Assembly (NCBI RefSeq): GCF_018350175.1
Contig: NC_058368.1
Location: 68,760,001-68,824,000 of the forward strand
DNA length: 64,000 nt
Source of the DNA: Felis catus
Lineage: Eukaryota
Direction of reading: 5' to 3'
Shown piece after piece: positions 40,059-53,354 of this stretch (positions are counted from its first letter, which is position 1; every line of letters starts with the position of its first letter). The position numbers and the translations under genes were made by a program. The notes under the pieces were generated by a model. The model did not search any database, was not told the DNA's origin, and saw only the letters and a program-made list of their open reading frames with translations.

Positions 40059-42437
40059 GTTCTCAATAGTCCAATAGATTTCAAAATCAGGGGGCTCTGT
40101 GCAGGAATTAGAGGCCCCAGTATAATACAGCATGGAAGTGTAATACAACATGAGAAAATTGACAAGAAAACTGACAAGTAATTGACAAGTAAATTACTTC
40201 AGTTTCTCTGAAGTGTTGCAGAAACTACTTACTATTACTCTCCCATTCTTTCTAAGTTTGAAAATGTATAAAAATAGATCCTACTCACTTATTTGTGGGA
40301 TGCTGGCTATAAGTTGGCTGATGACAAATAAAATTTTAGTCTTCATGTGTATGGGTAAAAATTTTAAAATCGAATATGGTAGTAGATACGTGATCGTTTG
40401 GGACAGTTCTTCAAACATACTAAAAAATGTATGTCATTGGCCTTGGCCTTACCTTCATGTTCTTGAATTGCTTTCAAATAGAAGCTAATTCTTTGCAGAA
40501 ATTGCTTGAGGATTTTTTAAGTTATGTGCTCAATTCTGGCCTGATTTGAAGATATAATCTGAGACAATTATTTTGTTATCTATAGAAATCTCTGTAGTCA
40601 CATAGAGGCTACTTTCTGCCAGGTATTTTTCATGAATTATCAGTTCCTTCCAACGACTCTGTAAGGTAAATATTCAGTCAACCATTACAGTTGTGGGATA
40701 CAGGTTGGAAACAACAAATAACTTACAAATGGTGGGGAAGAGACATGATCCAAGGTAAGTGTCACTCCAAAGCTGCCCCATCCCTTCCCTCCTCCTAATT
40801 CCTCTTATAGAATAACTCATCGGTCTAATGAATTCTAAAGCTCCTAATATCTTAACAATATCCATGTTTCACAAATGTAGCATATGGAAGTGTCAAAAAC
40901 ATTCTAAAATAGAAGCCCCCAGGAATAAACTGATGTAGGTACTAAAAAGTTACATATTTGAAAAGGAGAGACAGTGAGGCACATGTATTTCTTTTTGTCT
41001 GTATTTGTCTAGAGATATTATACATCACTTACTAGGTCTCAGTAGCAAAAGTAGTTTTGGTCCAAGGTGTTGGTGTGTGTGTGTGTGCCCATGTGATTCT
41101 GACACATAGGATTTCAGATATCACGATAAAGTGAAGGACATGTTCTACTTTAACGGTGCCCGGACCACCAATTCTACTCCTTGTGTAAGAGATCCGTGTA
41201 TTCATCATCTGACTGCTGCCCTCCGGGGCAAATCAACCACTTGCCCCTTCGTGATACTATGAAGACCTCCATGTAACAGTTCACTCCTCTAAGTATGTGT
41301 CCTCGTACAAGCCCGTAAGCTTCCCAAGGACAGGATGGTGTCTTAGTCATCTCTGTGCCCAAGCACCTAGCGTGGCACTGATGCGTGGAGGAGGTGCAAC
41401 AATAACCATTCCAAGAGTGCATAAATTAACGAAGGAATCCCCACGACTTTTCAAAACGAACTTATTGATGATTGCCAGTGAACCTCAGACACCAAACTGC
41501 TCTGCATGGCTGTTCACCATTTTCTTTAATTTCTCCGTTTTGTTCTGCAAGCCTGGCCAGCCCCTCCTTGGACTTCTTTCCTCCTCTTTCCCCCCACTCC
41601 TACTTCTTCTACCACTGCAACCTTCCTTCCTATCTCGCCTCTAATGCCACCTCTCCTCTCCTTGCTCCTCACTGTGGATACTTGCCAAGACTCAGCATTG
41701 GTCTTTCCTAGATCAGGTCGGTGACGAGTTCTGAAACGGTGTCTGCGCTCAGCATTCAATTCCCACGTCTGTGTCGATCAATCCAGGTTCTGGGTGCGTG
41801 CCCTTTCCTGGCCAAGTCCGTGGCCAAAATGCCCACCAAACACCCTGTAGGCAGGCTCCATACTCACCTGTAGTTGAACATTCCTAGATCCAAACTCTTC
41901 ATCCACCCCCAGTCATCATCCCACTCCATGTGCCTTGTTCCCCAGGCACAAAACCTTAGCTTGATACTGACCATCATGCCGAGGATCCTTAGTCTTTCTT
42001 TTTCTTTCTTGTTCTGGTTGTAGGGAAATATATAAACTTTAAGAATCCATAAATTATTAAACTGTGAAATGTTTACCCAGATACAGACTATTACAACAAA
42101 TCTTAAGATCTCAAGGGTTTCACGTTGGCCTCTAAAAACTATCTATGGACTGCAAGTTAAGAAAGTCTCATCTATCTACAGAGAAGTCTGACACATTAAA
42201 GTGGGCACAAGAAGACCAGAGGGTCATTAAAGATACTTTTTGGCTGTTTCTCAGATTTGCCTAAGGTCAAAATTAGCACCAGATTCTTCCTGATACTCAA
42301 GATATTTCTATGCGAAGAAAGAATATACTTGTAGCTTCCAGGACAAGAGGAGGGCCAAGAGGAGGACAGTGCAGGTGGAATCAGTTTCAGTGCCTTTAGC
42401 GAGCAAAGGAATGAGGATTCTCAAGGTCTCCTAAATG

Positions 42438-42495
42438 TCTCCCTAAATGTCCTATCAGGGATAGCATCTCCCTAAACGTCCTATCAGGGATAGCA
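42438..42495. repeat. 29-bp tandem duplication
   Basis: tctccctaaa(t/c)gtcctatcagggatagca x2 with one mismatch. Confidence 0.95.
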
Positions 42496-42604
42496 CATCT
42501 ATGGCGTTTATGGGTGATGCCACCTTCCTAGGGACATGGCTTCTACCCTCAAGACACCTGCATTCTAACCCAGTCTAAAATTAAGAGGTAGACAAAATAA
42601 TCTC

Positions 42605-43054
42605 TATGTTAGTTTCCTGTGGTGGTCATAACAAACTACCAAAGACTGGGCAGCTTAAAACAACAGAAATGTATTGTCCCCCAGTTCAGGGCGGCCGCAA
42701 GTCCAGACAAGCGTTGGTACGACCATGCTCCCTCTGAAGCTTCCGTGGGAGAATGCTTCCCTGCCTCTTCTCTTTTCTGGTGACTCAGTGTCTTCTCTGG
42801 ATCCAGCTTCTGAAGTCTGTCTTCCTGCGTGTGTTTCTTCGCATGGTCTTCCCTTTGAGTCTGCGTCTAAATTTCCCCATCTCACAAGGACACCAGTTAC
42901 ATTAGGTTAGGGGCCCACCTTTTCTGGTATGACCTCATCTTAACTAGTGATATCTGCAATGATCCTACTTCCAAATCAAGTCACAGTCTGGAGGACAGAG
43001 GTTAATTCTTTAATTCATCTTTTGGGGGGAGGGGGACACCGTTCAACCATAAGA
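42605..43054 (-). mobile_element. MaLR solo LTR (MLT1B/C-like)
   Basis: tatgttagtttcctgtgg...cttaaaacaacagaaatgtattgtc...gacctcatcttaact...atctgcaatgatcctacttccaaat...ttcaaccataaga. Confidence 0.85.
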
Positions 43055-43609
43055 ATCGTATCCAAACCTAGAAAATGTCAGAAACCAAACGCTGTAGTCT
43101 AACTCCTGAGCCCAGCCTACTTTCAAAGTCTACCTGTGCACACTGCTCAGAACAACTGCTAGCCATCATTGGAGTTGGCAAGAGAGATGAGGCTAGAAAA
43201 ACTCCAGTGTTGGGTACTGAGTAGACGAAAGAAAGATGATACGCTGACATTCTGTGATTACAATAATCTGTGTTTGAAACATGTAAAAATAGATTAAAAT
43301 AATTCACAGAGCAAACTGGCAAAACTTATTTTCTCCAAAAATCAAACGGAGCAAAATATCACTTTTAACCTTAATTACGTTCTTGAATAATTACATTTGT
43401 TTATTATTCACTTAGCCTTGGGCAGGGATGCTAACTTTTGCTAGTCTGTGTAGCAGTTTCTTATGAAACCATTTCTCACCAAAGCTTAAGGAGAAAGAAA
43501 CATTTATCATGATTTGTTTAAGATTCTAGTTTTTTTCTGAAAATGGAAATAGCATCTTGTCAGCACCCTCCTTCCTTCGTTCAAACTTTTGCTTTTATTT
43601 TAGAATGTG

Positions 43610-43812
43610 GTTTTGTTTTATGTATGTATGTATGTATTTAGAGAGGGAGCACAAGGAAGGGGCAGAGGAAGAGGGAGAGAGAGAACCTGAAGCAGTCTCC
43701 CCGCTGTCAGCGCAGAGCCCAACACAGGGCTCGAACTCACGAACCGCGAGATCATGACCTGAGCCGAAATCAAGAGTCTGATGCTTGACTGACTGAGCCA
43801 TCCAGGCGCCCC
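43610..43812 (-). mobile_element. Carnivore SINE
   Basis: Antisense body ending ccaggcgcccc; TSD beginning agaatgt. Confidence 0.92.
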
Positions 43813-44109
43813 AGAATGTTTTTAATACAATGCAAACTAGGAAGCAAAGATTTAAAAAGCCCTGGCCTGGGAGTCTATATCTGCGCCCTGGCTTTCCTGC
43901 ACATAATCTTATTTCATTTCACCTCTCTGATAGGGCTCCAGGTGCCTCATTGGTAAATACTCATTCATTTAGTCCACTCATTCATTTAGTCCGCTCATTC
44001 GTTCATTCATTCATTCCCTCTTTCACTGAACAAGAGGTCCAAACCAAAATCCGCAGGACTCAGCAAGAAATGGGAGTGAGGCACTCCGCACTGGCTGTGG
44101 GGGAAATGC

Positions 44110-44378
44110 AAGGAGGACTACAGACTGCAGGAAAGTAACTGAAAAGCATGTGACCCCCCGACCGTGGCGGCCACCACTCAGCCGCAAACAGCTGTTGTCT
44201 GCCTTCTGAGACTCTTGGGGATTTTTTTAAAAAAGAACCAGAGGTACATATTTTGGTGTGAAGTTTCCCAATCCCTAAACCTTGGCAACCAACGAAAATA
44301 TTTTTTAGACCCCGAAGGTCAAGCAAAACACATCTACAGGCTGGATTCCATCTGTAGACTGCCACATTCAACCTCTGC
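44110..44378. mobile_element. MER102-like hAT element fragment
   Basis: aaaacacatctacaggctggattcc...ctgccacattcaacctctg resembles the recalled terminus. Confidence 0.4.
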
Positions 44379-44559
44379 TCAAAACGAACAATAATTGATC
44401 ATGGGACAGGTGCTGGTGAACACTGGGAGTGGAACAGCAGACACCCCTTCTTCCATCAGCGGAGATCACAGAGGGCAGAGCAAAATTATAAACTGCTCTG
44501 AAGGACCTAAGCTTGAAAGACCCTACGTGTGTAGTGTGGGTGATTCACTCTCTGGTTTC

Positions 44560-45705
44560 CCCTTACCTCACTGGCCACTCCTGCTCTGTCTGCCTTCCTG
44601 AATCCTCCTCCTTCTGAACACTGGCATCATTCCAGACTTTGAACGTCTCCACGTTTCCTCACACCTACAGTGACCCCCCTTACCCTTATAACTCACCAAG
44701 CATGATCTTGCCTCAGAACCTTTGTACTTTCTGGTCCATATTCCAGAGAGCTGGACTCCCTAGATGACCTCATCCAACCCAGTGGCTGTAGACATCTTTT
44801 CGTATGCTGAACGTTTCGTAATTTCTGTCTCTGGCCCCGATTTCTCCCCTAAGCTCTAGACTCATGTATTCAGTTGCCCACCTGACATTTTTACCTGGAT
44901 ATTTAAGTGACGTCTCACATTTAATAGGACTGCTAAGTTTTTGGTTTCCCCTACAACCTCCTGTTCCCATTGTCCCTGTTCTCAGTAGATGGTGCTGTTT
45001 ATTTGCTTGATCAAGTAAAACATCTTAAAACCCAGCTTCAGTCTTCTCTTACCATCACCACCATATCCAGTCCATCAGGAAGCCCGGCTTTCTCCACCTT
45101 CTGAAGACATCCTAAATCCAAGCACTTTCTGGCACTTCTGTTATGACCACCCTGGCCCAAGCCACCATGTGTCTCCTATGGACTATTGTTAACAGCCTAC
45201 GGTAGCTCACACTTTTGCGACTCCCTCCTTGAACAGCGTGACCTGGAAGTCAGGTCACGTCATCCTCTAGCTCAGAACCTTCCAGTAGCTGTCCGTGTCA
45301 CTTATGCAATCACAGCCCTTAAGGCCCCCTGTGCCCTGGCTCCCTGCTGCACTTCTGGCCCCAGAAGTCGACCACGCTCCCCCTCACGACTGTGTTCCTA
45401 TCACAGTGGCCTCTTTGTTCCTCAGGGCCTCTGCACCAGCTGTTCCCTCTACGTGGAATGCTCTTCCCCCATGTAGCTGCAAGCCTCAGTTCTCCACTTT
45501 CATCCGGACTTTACTTACATGGCCCACATCTACCCACAAAAGCAACCTCAGAAATTATCCTTAAGGGATGTGATCTATCTCTGTGTCTCCTCTGCGTCTG
45601 TCTCTACCACGAGACGGTGAGGCTGTAAGGCAGGGATCTCGTTGCTCTGTCCCTGCAGCCAGCACGTGCAGGGTGCTCCATCAGATTTGCAAATGCATAA
45701 ATGTA
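44560..45705 (+). mobile_element. L2 LINE fragments
   Basis: gacctcatccaacccagtggct...ctctagactcatgtattcagttgcc...ccaagccaccat... Confidence 0.75.
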
Positions 45706-46314
45706 TCCTTAATTCTTACACTTTTAAATGCCACTGTTCCAACAAAATTCAAATCACTTTCCTGGCTACCCACTGCTTAATTTTTTTCTGTCAACCCACA
45801 GACAGATAAAACCTCAAAGTTAAAGGTTCTGTACAAATAAGCTCTTTGCTTTACAACCCAAAAGGTGTTTCTGGGTCATGCTCATGTTTCTGGAATGACA
45901 GATCACATGGAGATTTGCCCACAAGTGTCAGCGAAGAGCTGTTAAAATTCATGGAGTGGCTTGTTGGACCACCGTGGGCAACTCAGCAGATCCCGAAAGC
46001 CTGGCTATAGACTTACGCTGGCATTGGACGACATGTTCACCAGTCTATAAAATAAGGACACTGAAATACTTTCTTTCTTAGTTTTGTTTCATTTTTATGG
46101 TGGTAAGGACACATAACACGAGCTATGACCTCACCCGTGTAACAAATTTTTAAAGGCACGACACCGTATTGTTATCTACAGGCATAGTGGTCTATTGTAA
46201 TACTCTAGGATGTATCCGTCTTAAACAACTGAAACTGTACAAAATGTTTTTTTTTTTAAATAAAGCTGAATTCTTTCAATTCAAAGTTTCTTTTTTATTC
46301 AGAGATTATACCTT

Positions 46315-46510
46315 CTTTTTAATTTTTTTTTAAATGTTTATTTGTTTTTGAAAGAGAGAGAGAGAGAGCACAAGCAGGGAAGGGGCAGGGAGACAGGGAG
46401 ACACAGAATCCAAAGCAAGCTCCAAGCTCTGAGCTGTCAGCACAGGGTCTAACACGGGGCTAGAACCCACGAGCGGCGAGATCATGAACTGAGCTGCAGT
46501 CGGACACTTA
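46315..46510 (-). mobile_element. Carnivore SINE
   Basis: Antisense body; TSD taccttctttt. Confidence 0.9.
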
Positions 46511-47743
46511 ACTGACTGCACAGGCGTCTCTGTACCTTCTTTTTTTGTTTTAATTGATTATCATAATGTTCCTTTTGTCTCCAAAAGAGGTTTTCTTAGC
46601 AGATGAGTTTTGTTCTTTTTCCCTTAATGGCCTTACTCAGCAAAAGAAAAAGCGAGCAATTCTATGTCGTTTCCCATTCTTCTTGGAAATATTAACTCCA
46701 TAAACTTGAAAGGTAGGGACATGCAGGCTCATACTATCTGGCCTGAAATCCCCATTTCACTCGTTTGGACCCTGCCCACAGAGAAGGCTTTGTCATCACA
46801 AAGTCACTGATAAGTCCACACGTTCCCTGAAAGAAGCCTAGAAGTTCTGCAAGCCTTTTTCTCTTAGCAAACAAGGACAGCTTGATCCATCAAATGAGTG
46901 GATTTTCACTGGCGGGGGTTGGGGGTGGGAAATGAGCCCGAGCGGAGACAGAGACATAGAACAGACCTAGAACATACCCGTTTCAGTGTATGAGAGCGGG
47001 CCCCCCAGAAGCCCAGGGTAGCAGGCATCCAATACTAAGGTCTAAACTACAGCAGGGGGCTCACCTCTGGGGCTACGGAGACCAGGCCTCTTCTGGCAGA
47101 GCTTTACCAGTGACAGGCTGCACCTGTTTCACAATTTCCTCCTGAATTGACCTGCTAATGCTAAGTAGCATATTCTTTCCACTTGGTTTGGTTCAATTTC
47201 CTCTGGCTCAAAGATTATAGCCTAGTTTCTATTACCCTTTCTCAGCACTGTCAAGACCGAGAAGAATAAAACTGATAAGAGGACGAATCCGCCCCCAGAG
47301 CACCACTTTTGGGATTCAGGAAGTGAGTGGATGTTGACATATTTATTTGTGATCAGCCGTACCTGGCTGTCCTGCCTGACCAACCAGCATTAGGGGGATA
47401 TGTCTGATGAGACCATTTTCTTAGGACTGAGTTCGTGTGTCCACAACGAATGGCAGGCCCCTTGGAAAATGAGATGATGCCAGGAGAAGGAGGAAGGGAA
47501 AATGACTCGGAGGTTTTTACCCAGTTCAAGCAAAACGAAATGATTGGCTTCGATTTTAGGCATGTTTACATTTCACTCAGTCTGCTGTCATCCAAGTGAC
47601 ACTTTGTATTTTTAAAAAATTAATCACTTGTAGTTTTCAACTGAATAAGTGCCATGGACACCAAAGTACATTAATGAGCCATCTTAATATGAAAATTTGT
47701 TTCCCGAAAAGGAGAATACAGTACATACAGTACATATTTTAAT

Positions 47744-47980
47744 TGGGGCACCTGGGTGGCGCAGTCGGTTAAGCATCCGACTTCAGCCAGGTCACGATCT
47801 CGCGGTCTGTGAGTTCGAGCCCCGCATCAGGCTCTGGGCTGATGGCTCGGAGCCTGGAGCCTGTTTCTGATTCTGTGTCTCCCTCTCTCTCTGCCCCTCC
47901 CCCGTTCATGCTCTGTCTCTCTCTGTCCCAAAAATAAATAAAAAACGTTGAAAAAAAATTTAAAAAAAAAAATAAAAATA
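47744..47980 (+). mobile_element. Young felid SINE (SINEC_Fc-type)
   Basis: Nearly identical to 15941-16152, with tail ...aaaaacgttgaaaaaaaa. Confidence 0.95.
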
Positions 47981-47991
47981 AGCGTCTGGTT

Positions 47992-48178
47992 GGGGTGCCT
48001 GGGTGGCTCAGTGAGTTAAGCATCCTACTCTTGATTTCAGGCTCATGTCACGATTTCACGGTTTGTGAGATCGAGCCCCTTGTCAGGCTCTGTCCTGACC
48101 ACGCAGAGCCTGCTTGGGATTCTCTCTCCCTCTCCTCTCTCTCTCTCTCAAAATAAATAAAAAACATTAAAAAAAAAA
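47992..48178 (+). mobile_element. Older carnivore SINE in tandem with the previous copy
   Basis: ggggtgcctgggtggctcagtgagttaagc...(tc)n, A tail. Confidence 0.9.
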
Positions 48179-48569
48179 CCTTAAAATTACACATCTGGTC
48201 CACATCTCAAATCTCATTCAGAAGAACATTTCAAGTGCTCCCAGCCCTTAGTAAAATCATGAATAATGACACCAAAGATATTATTTCCACACCTGCCATG
48301 AAACGAAGCCCTGACCCAGATGCTCAGGATGTAAAATTAATCATCAGCAACCTCATTTGCGAAATTTAATTCATATCGCTTCCCTTCTGCTCCCGTCGGG
48401 CACTTGGTTGTTAACAGGAACTGTGATCGCGGGAAAATATTGGGATAGCAGAATTCTTAATGAAGAATTCTAGTAGCTCCAGATGTTCTGAGTGGTATAT
48501 AAAGCCGCAGAGGAAGAAGTTTCGTTTCCTAGAGAATTTCAATGTCTTTGCTCATTTACTTCTTCTACA

Positions 48570-49380
48570 GTCATTGGGCCACCACCAAGTGCTGAGCACT
48601 ATGTTTGATGCCTAAAAAGACAGACACCTTGTTCCCATGGAACTCGCAGTCGAGTGAAGGAAACAAGAGAAAAGTAAACAAACTAATCAAATAATCACAA
48701 CTTATCAAGACCGCTCTTCATTCAGGAAATACCGAGCGCCCACAGAATGACAGGCACCGGGCTAGGCACTGGGCTAGGCACGGGCAATACAGCCTGTTCT
48801 AAAAGCAGCCCGGTTTCTCGACCTCATGGGGCTTTTGTTCTAACGAGAGTAGACACAAATCAAATGGCTAGAAACAGTGCCCCCCCATCCTAAAAAAATT
48901 AGTTATTTTCAAGTTGTGAGAAATGCTAAATGGGAAATAAACTTGGATAGAAGCCAATGTGATCGAGGAAGAATTTAAATAGAAAACGTGACCTGGGATG
49001 CTGTCTTCAAGGAGTTACTTTCTGAGCAGAGATCTGAAGGACACAGAGGAGGCAGCCAGATGGAGAGAAGACCTTCCCCAGGCGTGGGGGAAAGGGAGCT
49101 CCAAAGCCTTGGGATAAAAGTACTTCCCTCTTTCTAGAAACGAGGCAGGGCAACTACAGCACAATCCATTGGTCAGGGGGACAGAAGCCTGAGACCATGA
49201 ATAAGAGAGAAACCATGTAAGAGTCTGAGTTTTATGCTCAATACTAAGATTTCCACAAGAGGTTGACACGTTTCCGTTTGCCTCAGGAGAAGGCCACTCT
49301 GCCTGGAGAAGGAATTGCAGAAGGAGGCCAGGCCATGACATCATTGGAGAGTCTTGCCATCATCCAGACTGAAGCAATTT
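48570..49380 (-). mobile_element. L2 LINE fragments
   Basis: cattcaggaaataccgagcgcccacagaatgacaggcaccgggctaggcact...gagcagagatctgaagga. Confidence 0.65.
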
Positions 49381-49719
49381 TGAAATCTTATGTGTCTTTG
49401 ATATTTTTTAAAAAGCCTACGTAACTGTCTAAGGGACCCCTTTATGCTTACTTTGGAACTTTTATCAGTGGCCCACGGTATCCTTGCTGTAGGCTTTGTC
49501 AGATGATGGAATTGCACCAGAAGAGAGATAATTCATTTACCTCCGGTGTTTCAGATGGGCAAGGAAATTCTAGATCTCCTGGCCATATTTATATAACATA
49601 GTCTTGTGAATTACTGCCTGATGTCTCCAAAGATCAGGTTTGATGGGGAGAGACCAATACCCTGCATGAACCCTATCACTTAATAGCAGGCCACAAGTGC
49701 AATTCAGAAGAAACTTCTT

Positions 49720-49923
49720 GGCTGAGGGTCCCACTTTGGCTCAGGTCACGATCTCACATTTCATGAGTTTGAGCCCCAAGTCGGGCTCTGTGCTAACAGG
49801 TTGGAACCTGGAGTCTGTTTCAGATTCTGTGTCTCCCTCTCTCTCTGCCCCTTTCCCTCTCATGCTATCTTTCTCTCTCTTTCTCAAAAATAAATAAACA
49901 TTAAAACAAAATTAAAAAAAAAA
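49720..49923 (+). mobile_element. 5'-truncated carnivore SINE
   Basis: Lacks the ggggcgcctgggtggctcag head; TSD aagaaacttctt. Confidence 0.9.
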
Positions 49924-50789
49924 GAAACTTCTTTCACAAGAAAGACTTCTTTAATCTCTGTAATCTTAAACTTTTCTAGCTGGCCTCCTGCATCTTGCTC
50001 CCTTTTGTCTTTTAACTTCTTTTTCCACAGCCTCCAAAACCCCTCGCCATCCATCAATGGCTGTTCAATATTGTGCCATATTCCTTGAGAGACATGGACG
50101 TGTCAGACGGAGTTCGTGCTCTGACGGGGTTTCTCAAATAGCCGAGGAGACAAAGAGCCATGCAAAATTAACAACTAAATACTAAACTGTTTGGTACTAA
50201 TTATTGGAAAAAGACCTTTTGAGAAAAGAGAAGGATGGACTGCAAAAGGGAGCCAGAGCATGTCATGGAAAAGAGCCTCACAGGCTGTGTAGACGTCAGC
50301 TGAAAGAAATGGCTGACCTTCACGTTGGATAGCCTATAACTGTGGCTTCTACCCGTTTTTCCCTTGGGGACTTCTGGAGGCACCTATTCAGTAAGACTGA
50401 GTACATGGATCCCAGGAATCTGTATTTTTAGAAGCTGTCCAGTGATTCATATGCCCATTTTCGAAAGTATTGCTCCAGATAATCTCATCACGCACTGAAA
50501 CTGCTTGTTCTTAACACCGCATAAACCTAGTAAGCATCCCTGAAAGTCTTACTTAAAGTTTCCACTTGTCTCCCCAGGTTCCAAGACGGCACAAAAGTAT
50601 GGTGTCTCACAGGTAGCATTTTCCAAGTCAGGATAAAAAAGGTCAGCCCCCTGTTCCATAGCCTTTGACTTCTTATTCCTGTGCCCACTTTAGTTGAAAT
50701 ATCCAACAACACAACAGACTACAAGTCATTACCCGTAACCGTGCACCGTAAAACAACAGCCGCCAATCCCAGTCATTGCCATTGGTGCC

Positions 50790-50960
50790 ACCGGGAGGGG
50801 AGAGCAACCAGGATGGGAAGCAATGGGAATGAATCAGCAAATGATCTGGGTATGTTTACTCTGAAGAAAGAGAGATTCAGAGAAAACATGGCAGCTATTG
50901 CCAAATACTCAGAGTTGGAATGGTGAAGAAGAGGTAAAGTTGCTCTGTGGAAAGGATGAA
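50790..50960 (+). mobile_element. CR1/L3 LINE fragment
   Basis: gatctgggtatgtttactctgaagaaagagagattcagagaaaacatggcagctattgccaaatact (LGMFTLKKERFRENM, similar to the CR1 ORF2 C-terminal LGLFSLEKRRLRGDL motif). Confidence 0.65.
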
Positions 50961-51191
50961 GACAGGTATTTGTTCAATATGAGTAAAAAAATATCTGAAC
51001 ATGCCCGGAGGGATAAGAGTTTCCATCTAGGGAACTGCTCAAATAATGCAAGCTTGGGATTTGTATTGTGTCCTTTAAAATGTTCTACGCCGGGGATATT
51101 AAGAGGCAGTCTCATGCAGAACTAATTACTAAAACGGCCAATCCTAGCTTAGCAAGAGAAATTTTCCCTAGTGTCAGTGGTGGAATATTTA

Positions 51192-51204
51192 GTTGCCTAG
51201 CAAC
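51192..51204. promoter_or_regulatory. Consensus RFX X-box
   Basis: GTTGCCTAGCAAC fits GTNRCC-N(0-3)-RGYAAC. Confidence 0.4.
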
Positions 51205-51912
51205 CCGTAAATATCTATGATGCAATGGAAAATCCTTAGTTTGCGTCTGGGTTGATTGTATAGTTCCTAATACCACACTTGGTTCATTTCATTGATGATA
51301 AGTATTCCTGTTATAGTCTGTTACATATCAAAATGGTGCTGAGCTGCAGCTTTACACAGTTTCGATCTTTGCCGAACACTAGCCAGCTGCCTCGCCGAGC
51401 CCAAAGGCACACAATAGTAATAGATGTTTGGTCCATACAGGAGGCGACAGGATAAGACGGTGAGAGCACAATACTTTTGGAGATATGTACAACGGTTCAA
51501 ATGAAATCTGGTGGAACCCTAAGTGTCACGGTACAGGTTTAATCATGAACTCTCCAACCTCGGACTTGTGTGCATTTCTAATAAATGACTAATAGCATTT
51601 ATGGTATAGAGGAAAGTTTAAGGTGTAGAACAAAATGTGTAAGATACTGCAATCATAACTTTCTAATCACAGTCTCCTAGAAAACTGACAAAAACATATG
51701 TGGATGGGTTAAAAGTTTGGTCTCATTTATAAAGGACTGCTTTACATTATAAGAACCAAAGAACAGCTGTTTGTCAAGCTTCCACATTAAACATCTGCCA
51801 GGATATCTTCGTAGGCAGGTTTTCTTAGTGATAATGACTGGGTACATAAAATAAATCATGGAACCCCATCAGATTCTATCCGTACTAAATACCGGAGACA
51901 TTCGCTTCCCCT

Positions 51913-52343
51913 TGTCAAAAGATCATAAATAACAGAAGTAAAACCGGCCAATCGCTGAAGGAGTAATCAGTATAAGTTTACTGTGCGCACAACCAAGAAG
52001 ACAAGTTTGCAAACTGGGAGCACTCAGTCCAAAACAGGGAATGAGGCTCCAGGGCGCATTGTTGTAAAGCAGCTTATATAGTGAGAAAGTTTATTCTTCA
52101 CAGTGACTGGACACAATACTAGAATTTTCTCAAATGATAGGGAACTGGTCAGTGGTGACCTCATATCAACCTCGGGAAATAGTTCCCAGTTTTGCTTACG
52201 ATGTTCAGAGTCATAAGCCAGAAGTGATCCAGGTCAAGTTAACCTTGCAAAATAAGATAAATTAAGCTTTGTTTGTATGGCTAAACTGGTTGTGTATGCT
52301 CAGGAAATTTTCAAGGCTGGCCTCTAATTTTTTTATTTTAACA
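51913..52343 (-). mobile_element. Solo ERV LTR (ERV1-like), 431 bp
   Basis: TG...CA termini with imperfect inverted ends (tgtcaaa / tttaaca) and an exact 4-bp TSD CCCT (51909-51912, 52344-52347). Minus-strand TATATAAG (52080-52073) followed by AGTAAA (51982-51977). Confidence 0.75.
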
Positions 52344-53354
52344 CCCTCTTTTGTTTGACCTCTTAAACCCAAATCATAATTTTAAAAAGTGATTGATTTT
52401 GATTCATTTCTCTTCCCCCCCCCCCCCCCACAAAAGACTTAGAATTGCTTTAGGTAACTTTTTATTAGCCAGTCTAGGACATTTGTACAACAATATAATT
52501 AATAGCATTTTTAATGAAAATGATGGTATATTAATTGGTAATTTTTGGATGACTGTTCTTCCTAATTACTTATTAACCTTTAAATCAGATATACACAAGG
52601 GACTAGAGCAAGATTCATGTCTTTGAGTATCTGAAAGCTTTTTCAAGGTGTTTTTTTTTTTTTTTTATAAAAAGAATCCAGAGGAACTGTTTTTTCCCCC
52701 AGAGGAAACTCAAAATTATATCAGGAACTAAGTATGGTATGATGCTTCACACATTAATATGCTATAGAAGTTTTCATGTATCTATTCTTGTCACCTTAGT
52801 GAACATAGAAGTATGGTTTAATAAGATAGCAAAGAGGATGCCGTCCATTTTTCTTTAAATTTGCAGGTAGTTGCAAACAGTACTGAAAAGAGGGAAAAAA
52901 GGCTATTATTAGGTGAGAAGGTCTATTTATTTCACTATACATACAAGAAAATGAAGAAGGCACGACCCGCAGAAGATCTCTAGATCTTTGGTCCCAAGTA
53001 TCCAGTCTGACTCCATGTAACTCAAAAAGGCTTTAAACATAAAGCATGGTGTGAACCTTCGTCACTGCCATTTAAACAGCAGGGCCATTTAAGTGGCTGA
53101 ACACAGACTGGATGCAAACACAAATAAGTGGATTTCAGAAGGCAAGAGTCCAATTTCACCTTCTCTGATGGGAAGTCTTCCCACCCTGGAGGTCTTCTCT
53201 GTAGCCCTTTTTCTGAGTTTGTCTCGGTTTTTCTGTCTATCCAGAACTGTGGGATAAGAGTCACTATTTGAAGGCCTGTGTTACTTTTTACTCATTGTGA
53301 GGATTCATTTCGTACCTGGGCCTTCCCTCTAAGCCTTTGACCTGTGAACTTTTC

